A stretch of DNA of 64,000 nt from Bigelowiella natans CCMP2755 (taxonomy: Eukaryota > Protista > Cercozoa), in NCBI GenBank assembly GCA_000320545.1, contig ADNK01000002.1:204028-268027 (forward strand). Reading direction: 5' to 3'. The notes under the pieces are model-generated. The model was given only the letters and a program-made list of their open reading frames with translations, did no database searches and had not been told where the DNA came from. Position 1 is the first letter of the stretch, and each line of letters opens with the position of its first letter. Shown here one piece after another: positions 55,584 through 64,000 of this stretch. The position numbers were made by a program, and so were the translations under genes.

Positions 55584-58500
55584 ATGGACTACTCTTCCTA
55601 CAAGCCCAAACTGGGGCACAAGATGCCTACCATGCTGGGCCATACTACTTGGAGTACCGTCCAGTGGGCGAAGATGGTGCGTATAAGTAGTTTCTTTCAT
55701 GTGCATGATAGATGTAAGAAGGAATTCCGTTTCTTTAGCATGTTTCTTTAGCATCTCCACAATGTTAATGACCATCAATTCAAAATGCGGTAGTTCTCAT
55801 GCAATCTACTCATTCACACTAGAATTACATTACGCTGCTGTAGAACTAGAGAATGATAAAAAAACTGAGTGAAATCGTGCTGTATCAGGTTTCCTCGGGG
55901 TCATTCAAGGTGCTTTGGAATAAATTCAACGGTATCCCTGAATGGAGAATCGATGATCCAGATGGAGAGAAGTATCAACTCCCCAAACTATTCAACAATT
56001 CTAAGGTGGTGCACTGTGATGAGCAATTGAATTGAAAATTCTGATTCTCGTGAATTATCAAACAGGGAACTTACATACGGTTGTGCTATGCAACAGTTGA
56101 AGATATCTTCAACAGGTTCATCTGTCTTTAGTGACCGGATATTGTGCACAAATTCTGATTCTACTTCGTCCTTAGGCCCATTGCATCTGAACCAAATGAC
56201 TGGATTGACTGCATCATTCGCAAATACGACCCTTCCCAGCAGGTAAGCCGAGTGAGGAATTTCAACGCACGACTCTCCCTAAAATCAGAATACATCTCCA
56301 TAACGATGTTAATATATTTAGGGTTTCAATCCACGTCTACTCTGCACCACCGCCACGAAGAGATGCCTCAATCTCAGCTCGTACAATTATCTCGGGTTCG
56401 GTGGTGTGAACAAATTTGCAACCCCCAAAGTATCAGCAGCAATTAAGGTAAGAAATGAGGAAAACTACTAAGAAATACTTGTATGGAAGTGGTTCAATTT
56501 TTCCTATAATTTGTAGAATCATCCTATTATTGTGAGCTCTCCAGCGGGGGAATTTGGTTACTCAAAGATTCACAAAGAAGCAGAGAAAGAGGTATACTTA
56601 ACAAAAACAAGCATTGCTGTCATTCTCCTAAAAACATGGTTGTTGCAGATTGCATCATATCTTGGGAAAGAGGATGCAGTGGTAAGATTAAATCATTTTT
56701 TCTTTTTGCTCTCCTCAACATTGATTTTGGAGGAATTCATCCACTTGACAAACATGCCGTTCGGAGTCCAAAAAACTCTTGATGGATGATGATCGATCGT
56801 AAATAATACACCAGATTTTGGGAATGGGTTTCGCAACGAACTCAACGGTTCTGCCTGCACTTGTCGGGAAAGGAGACGTACTCATCTCTGATGCGCTGAA
56901 CCACACATCAATCGTCCAGGTGATAATATTGCAATGTGATCATAGTAGTTAATACGATTTTGTCCTTGCTAAATACAACACAGTGGGGAGTGGCCATAGA
57001 TGGGAGAGAGTGTTTCCTTTCTTCTTTGAAATTACGTGACTCCTTCTTCCCACCACGGCTCTATTCATGGTGTATTTCTGTGATGTTGATGATGATGGTG
57101 TGCGTGTGTGTGTGTGTGGAAATTCTCAGGGAGCACGAGAAACAGGGGCAAAGATCAAAGTGTTCAAACACAACTGCGTAGTCGATCTAGAGAGAGTTCT
57201 TCAAGAGATCACCTTGGCAAAGGTGCTGCTTGGCGCTTCTTACTAACAAAAATCTCGTAATTAGTTTGCAATGCTGACATCATCTATTACTTTGATTGGC
57301 AATTAGAAACCATTCAACAAGATCCTTCTATGTGTCGAGGGCATCTACAGTATGGAAGGAGACCTCTGCAAACTGAAAGAAATCGTGGCAGTAGCCAAGC
57401 GATACGGTGCTTACATTTACCTCGACGAAGCGCACAGCATAGGGGCGATCGGTAAAACTGGGCGAGGGGTCACTGAGGAGCTTGGTGTCGATAGGAAACA
57501 GGTAAATTGTTGTTCACTCTATTGTATAACGATTTTAGACGACGAATAGTATCAATTCATGTTCATATCGTGCAATATATAAAACTATTCCAGATCGATA
57601 TCATGATGGGAACTTTCACCAAGTCTTTCGGGTCTACTGGTGGCTACATTGCAGGAGTAATTTTAATTGATACTGATTTCCAGAAGTGAATCATCATCCA
57701 AATGGCGTCTGTGTGGCACATACTAACTCGTCGTTAATCTAATATATATTCTAGGATAAAAACGTGATCGATCGTGTACGCAAGTATTCAGCAGGCTGCA
57801 CGGATGCTGTTACAATCCCCCCTGTAATTTAGACTTTCCATTCAGCTTTCATCAAGCTTTCGCAGCTGCGAAAGCTAAATTCAATAGAAACATTTCTATC
57901 ATAGTAGCAATATGGCAAAGTGGGTATTACTACTACTTGAGGTGCAAAGAAAATAATACATTGCTACCTTTCTTTAGGCTTGTGCGGTGCAGATTATTGA
58001 AGCATTGAGGGTGATTGCTGGACTAGATGGAACCGACATTGGCCAGAAAAAGCTACGAGCTATTCGCGAGAACGCAGATTACTTCAGGACCCGTCTTGAA
58101 GAGATGGGATTTGAAGTCCTAGGAGAGGTCGCTTCTAACGACAACATTAGCCAATATGTACCCATGTTATACATACGTTTTCGTTGTCATCTGAATTTGC
58201 CCTACACCTGTTTCTTCTACTGCGTAATCACTGCTACTCCTTTTCTTATTATATGTAGCGTCCTTCTCCTGTGATCCCAGTAATGCTCTACGGCCCTTAT
58301 AAGATCGGAGACTTCTCGCGTATGTGCTTCAATCGTGGTTTGGCTGTGGTGAGTGTTGGAGCTCCAGCAGTACCACTGTACGAGTCTCGAGCACGTTTTT
58401 GTATCTCCGCAGCCCATAAAAAGGAAGATTTAAAGTGGGCGCTGGATATCATTTCTCAAGTTGGTGATGAGATTGGACTCAAGTACAAGGGGAATTCACG

Positions 58501-61114
58501 ACCTCTCCCTATGATGCCGGGTACCTTGGACGCCGAGGATCACACACGCCAGCAACAGCTCAACAAGATTCGCGACAAAGTCAATAAAAATCGTGCCGCA
58601 GCTCTGGAGAAACTGAAAGTTCTAAAGTATGCGCCCCTTGTGGAAACAGTTGCTGTGGTTGAAAAGAAAGGAAAACCACAGCAGCAGCAGGAACAGCACA
58701 TAAACACCCCTGACGAAGCAAAGGTCTGTCTTGGCTCGTGGGATTTTCTGGATCTGAGCGACAACAAGTCGGTCAAGGCCGCTTGTTTAGAAACCGTTGA
58801 GAACAAGGGCTGTGGTTCCTGCGGTCCTCGGGGTTTCTATGGTACGTTCCCAGAGCATATGCAAGCAGAAAAGGACATTGCAGAATTCTTAGGCATGGAT
58901 CAAGCGATGATCTACTCGTATGGTGCTTGCACTACAAGCTCAGTGATATCATGTATGGCGTCCAAAGACGATGTAATCATCGTTGATGAAGGCTGCAGCC
59001 GGAACATCCTCACCGGTCTCCAGCTTTCCCGCGCAAGAATTGTGTACTACAAGCACTGCGATATCGAAGACTGTGAAACCAAGATCAAGATCCTCATTGA
59101 AGAGGACAAAGCACGTTTCGCTAAGCAACCACGTTCCAAGTTCCTAGTTACTGAAGCTGTCTTCGGAAGCACTGGAAAACTCGCCCCCGTAAATAAGTTA
59201 AGCAAGCTGAGAATCAAGTATCGCTGCCGGTTTATCCTTGACGAAAGCTTCAGCTTCGGTGTGCTTGGTGAGACGGGTCGTGGTGCAACGGAGCACTTTG
59301 GCATTCCTGCAAGCTCCGTAGACGTTATCTGCGGTACCTTGGAAGCTGCAGGAGTGTCATGTTGTGGCTTTGCTGCTGGCTCGCAAGGAGTGATGGGCTG
59401 CCAACGCTTGTTGGGATCTGGATACTGTTTCTCAGCGTCCTCACCACCATACCTTGCAACCTCAGTCAGCGCAGCTATTAAAATCATCAAAAAAACTCCA
59501 GAAGCTCTCACTACTCTACGCTCTAACATCAAGAGCTTGAAGAAGGTCATGGCCTCTGTGCCAGGACTCTACACCCCCTCCTCAAAGGAGACGGTTCTAT
59601 GCCCGATGTTCCTTGCTGTATCTTCCGGTGATAAGGAGGCCGACTCCATGGCTCTTGACCGCATTGCGGCAAGGGCACGTGCTCGTGGCGTGGCTGTGTG
59701 TCGTCAAATTCAGAACCCTCTCGGAAACGAGTACAAATTTCTGGCACCTGCTCTCCGCGTATGCGCTTCCAACGCTCACACAAATGAGAAGATTGCCTAC
59801 GCAGGCAAGGTCATAGCTGAGGCTGTGGAAGAGGAATTCGGAGCTCGTATCGTCCACTCGATTAGCAAGTCATCGACTCTTGCCGACTTCCCAACAACCC
59901 CTCGTTGCTCTAGCCCTGATGTGGCAGGTTCCGCTGCTACCGGAGGAAAGAGCACTAGCAGTCTCAAGAGTGTCGTGGAAGATGCGGTCAGCGGTGAGGA
60001 GAGTCCTATTGTGAAAAAAACTAAGGTGGCCGTGGAGGAGGAGGAAGAATGGCATTGCCATTCCATGCCAATTCTCGTTATCTTCGGCCTTCTTCTCAAT
60101 TCTTACAGGCAGTTTTTGATGCGACAAGACACAATCACCAAGCGGCTCTCCCTTGGATGGAACTCTATCTTCCCGTCCGCTGTTGCAAACTCGACAACTA
60201 AGAATGTGTTTTTCTCCATCGCAACCATGATTGGGTCTCACAGCTTCTACGCTATTGCGTGCCCAATGTTAGTTTGGGCGTTTGATTGCCCGAGCGCTTC
60301 TCTCGTCCTTGTGTTGTATTGCATCATGTCCTCGGTCGGATGGCTGATAAAATCGATGGTGTCAACGAATTACGGCCAAGAGTACTTTGACGGCCGATTC
60401 CGTGCATGGCCATCGGTGTCCTCCATAAATGCAATCGTGCTTCCTTTCTTCCTCATCAGATGGCGATATGGAGACATGTGGCTCTACAAACAATTTGGGT
60501 TGTGGTCTCTAGGCACAGCTGGAGTTGCTATTGCATGGGCACTGACCGCTGTTATGGGTCGCATCCACCTTGGAGACTCTCCCACCAATATTCAAGGAGG
60601 TTTGTTCATTGGAGCAGCTGCTATACATGGTTGGCTAAGAGCTGCAGGGCCTACGATGGACTGGTTCCAGGGAAAAACCTACAGTCTGATGTGCCCACCT
60701 TTCGCCATTATGGCTATCCTTCTCTTACTCACACCGCTACCAACCCTCAATGGCCGCTTCGTTAGTCTTGCGCGTATCTACTACGTGCGAGCGGCCAATA
60801 TGCTCGTGCTTATGACAACCTTTATGCTAGGTTCCGCTCTTGTTCCTCCGCTCAAAGAGGCAGAGTTTGATACCGTGACGATGCTAATTCGTTCATTCGT
60901 GGGTTTGGCTCTTTACATTAGCTTCAGCACCATTGCGTCGATAATGACTAGGGCAGTGCTCACACAATTGGTGGCATTCACGGTGGAGCTTTGCCCTTGC
61001 CTGCGCCAAAACGCTGATTCAATGTACCAAACTTCCCATGAGCTCGCTACCAACGCTTGCAAGGGACTGATAGTTTCAGCTGGAGTGCCAATCATCCTTC
61101 GCTCTTGCGTGTAA
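55584..61114 (+). CDS. Serine palmitoyltransferase tri-domain fusion: LCB2 (SPTLC2) - LCB1 (SPTLC1) - PAP2/SGPP-like membrane domain
   Basis: LCB2: [50 protein letters not shown]-lysine motif [22 protein letters not shown]1: [38 protein letters not shown]. The C-terminal TM domain resembles LCB3/SGPP. The LCB2 tail, LCB1 and PAP2 parts lie in one uninterrupted ORF (58271-61114). I infer 13 introns in the 5' part and a start at aaaccATGG (55584). Confidence 0.93.
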
Positions 61115-61156
61115 ATAATGAATTCTTGTCGAAGTGACAATGACGTCTGAACACCA

Positions 61157-61256
61157 AAGTGTTCTGATTAACTAGAGCGCTCGACGTAAGCTCTACAATG
61201 TTTCGTAAGTGTTCTGATTAACTTGAGCATTCGATGTACGCTCTACAATGTTTCGT
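61157..61256. repeat. Direct tandem repeat, 2 x 50 bp, just downstream of the SPT stop codon
   Basis: AAGTGTTCTGATTAACT(A/T)GAGC...GCTCTACAATGTTTCGT at 61157 and 61207. Confidence 0.92.
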
Positions 61257-61340
61257 GTTCATATACAACATACCTCTAGATCTGACAATATGCTTATAGG
61301 CATTTAAGTAGTTTGTGTCTGTGGCACACAGTGCAAGATA

Positions 61341-62597
61341 TGAGACGGATGTAATGAAATTATAAGATTCTTTCAGTGACCATCCTTATGTAGCTATGCA
61401 GAGGAGCGCATGATATGCGACATGTACTAAATGATATTCATGTTTTGCACCTCGGGTGTGTGCTGGTGACGGCGGCTTTTCTGTAGCTCTAGCATATTAC
61501 ACATTGCAGCATTGCAGCCAAACGATAAACCCATTCATAGCGCCACAAACAAGCCTCATGCTATCTGCTGTAGACATGCACACACTGCAGCGTAAAATTC
61601 GCATCGCATCATTGCCTCGTTAGCTCGACGATCTCAACATATCTATGAGACGGATGTAAGAATATCTATGTGTCTATGTGTGCACATAACCGACCGCAGC
61701 TAGCTGTTCAAGCGAAGTTAACTGGTCATCATCACGTCGCATGCTATGTGCCGGCCTGACTGTGCGCATGCTATACGACACACATAATTCGATTGCTGTA
61801 GTGCTATGGTATCTTTTAATAAATGCATGAAACACATAACTGCAGAGACAAATAGAAACAACATAAGCTCTGTAACCGCTGCTTTGCATAGCTGTATTAT
61901 TAGGATGACCATTGAAAAGATTTAATCAATTCATTACATCCGTCTCATCTTTTATCATCACTGCTACCTCCAATTGCAAAGCTGAGATTAATAATAAGAA
62001 ACATTACAAACCTATACAATAAGCATCACACGCTGTTTTCTAGTTTTCCACGATAAAGTAGATAAGTGATGCCACCAATATTGTGGTGCAGCTCAAATGA
62101 CTTGGATGCACGCCTAGCTCGAAGATCACCAGGGACATAATCAGCCTGCCCCAGCATGAATCGCCATCGCACGAATGCGATGCAATACAGGCGTCGAAAA
62201 CTTAGGCAGTTTGCGGCTGTCACGCGGACAATAATGCTAGAATGTGGCATCACGTACTGACATGCGCATTGCGCTCCATGCGGCATCATTGACAACATGG
62301 ATCATCTGCTGAGCTGCCCAGAGCATCGCATGCTTACCAACAAGTAGGACGTACACTGCAATCAACAACTGATTGCCATCACTAGATCATGGAGTGAATC
62401 TGCGAAACCAAGCGAACTGTCACTAGAACAAAGGAGATGTGCAAAAGGCACGTGCAGCGCAATATGCGTGTCCTGCATGTCGCTTTTTCATGCATGAAAG
62501 ACATCACATCAGAAACGAAAACACAATTTAAGCTCGTGACCTCTGCTTTGCATAGCTCCTTTGGAAAAATTAATTTATTCATGACATCCGTCTCATA
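61341..62597. mobile_element. Cluster of inverted copies of a dispersed repeat (core TGAGACGGATGTAATGAA), MITE-like
   Basis: Forward cores at 61341 and 61646; reverse cores (CATCCGTCTCA) ending at 61948 and 62595. Homology extends 50-70 bp (CATCCT..AGCTATGCA). A fifth copy lies at 41462-41515. No transposase seen. Confidence 0.6.
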
Positions 62598-62815
62598 GTA
62601 CAGATACGTTGCCATCTGCTGCGCATGTTCGGATGGTCTGACTAGCTGACTCTCTAGCAAGTGCATCGTAGACTATAATAACCATTAAGACTGACATAGT
62701 GCCACATTCGTCATTAGCAGGGCCGGTGACTGCGGCAATGCTGGGCTCGAGCAATAGGTAGAAAATTCCCTAGCAACATAGAGCAATACGCTGCATGCAT
62801 TGCGTATCCTGAATT

Positions 62816-63817
62816 TCAGGTTTGCGTAGATTCGTCGCTTAATGAACTTGTGACTACAGCCTTTGGAATTTTCCGAGCTGCTTCCACGTCCTTAACGTCT
62901 TTGGCTGTCAATACTGGAAAGTAACGGCGCTTTACTTGATGAAGACGAGCAGAGATACACCACGCTCCACTGGGATAATACCAAGAATATGACGACCGTG
63001 GTACCAAGACTCTAAAAGATGTAAAGCTGTGTTACATTATAAGAATACAAACCTCCAGACGAAAGAGAGGAGAAAGATAACGAATAAGAAACACAGGCCA
63101 AAGTTGTCTTAATAAACCTAAAAATGATGGTCGCTGACTGTTCATCATCGTTCCCAACAGCATGGCTCACAGCCTAACATTAGCAACAAAACAACACCGA
63201 CCGCAAGAAGTATGATGAAAAAGAAGGCGGCCAAACAACATATACTTTAGATGATGATGAACGTGATTCTCAGCAGACAAACGTTTGCCGATATGTGTAG
63301 TTGAAGGCCAGCAAATATCGGGCTGCTCATACCTTAGCATTGGCCCACCAAACTGAGTTCGGCGCCACCTTTTAGATGGTAATTTCAATGATGATGGTTA
63401 ATGGTATAAATGATTGTGTGGAGGAGAGAAGATGGTAATGTTAATGGTCCTTCACATCCCACATCCCTCTCGCCTTATCATTCAATAAGAGTAAAACCAG
63501 ACTACATTTTATCCCCACTTACCATCCCCTCTTCTTCTTAGGTAAATATTGATGAAAACGGTACCCTTCACTGCTGCACCGCCATCACCACCATACAATG
63601 CAGCAGCGCATTACTGTCTCAGCGTATTCACCTGAAAAGTGCGTTTTTTTTCTCCTTGGACCCCACTCGCGATCCCGATCTACTCAGTATCAATTTGAGT
63701 AAGCTGTGGAGGGGCGAATCATTCGTTAATGGGATCAGAAGACCGTCTTATATCCTCCGCCATTCAGAGCTACGGACACGCACGCCGTTTCGATCCCTAG
63801 TAATAGGGTTTATGATA

Positions 63818-63853
<36 letters not shown>

Positions 63854-64000
63854 AAAAAGGGTAGCCACTATACACCACCTAGAGATTTATCCATGTGCCA
63901 GTCCAAGGCACTCCCTACAATTCAATCTAGATCAATATGTTTTCCGTGCATATCATCACCTCAGTGTTTACGCTCACATTCCCTCCCCCTCCTTCTCTCT
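62816..64000 (-). CDS. Probable 3' exons of an unidentified gene
   Basis: Terminal exon-like segment VPRSSYSWYYPSGAWCISARLHQVKRRYFPVLTAKDVKDVEAARKIPKAVVTSSLSDESTQT* preceded by pyrimidine-rich/microsatellite intron-like sequence; upstream exons not resolved. Confidence 0.35.

Noticed and set aside
58540-60241. Antisense ORFs over the SPT exon (also over the Pmp-like and REJ exons)
   Set aside because: Shadow ORFs of long coding exons with no independent features.

Overview
Intron-rich eukaryotic nuclear DNA with GT-AG introns of about 60-250 bp, many containing microsatellites. No rRNA, tRNA or CRISPR was seen. A HAD/CbbY-type gene with a signal-peptide plus transit-peptide leader points to an alga with a secondary plastid (inference: chlorarachniophyte-like, e.g. 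Bigelowiella). By manual splicing I reconstruct about 13 genes: an unknown helical protein, an ABCG half-transporter, a PLAC8 protein, a giant Pmp-like beta-helix/multi-TM surface protein, a 4-exon BORCS7-like gene missed by the ORF track, a kinase-PP2C fusion, a RING-H2 ligase with a CaaX tail, an atypical Ras-superfamily GTPase, a DOMON-cytochrome b561, a plastid-targeted CbbY-like HAD, a REJ-GPS polycystin-1-like receptor, a serine palmitoyltransferase fusion, and a 3' gene fragment. Two signals stand out. (1) Two sharply bounded 0.7-0.8 kb blocks have lost almost every TpA except inside CTAG, and one carries a Tyr-free, His/Cys-rich ORF remnant; this suggests a TpA-targeted A>G/T>C hypermutation system, opposite in direction to fungal RIP. 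(2) A single-chain LCB2-LCB1 serine palmitoyltransferase is fused to an LCB-phosphate-phosphatase (PAP2) membrane domain whose three catalytic motifs are all degenerate. Exon boundaries and dinucleotide counts were made by eye and need computational confirmation.
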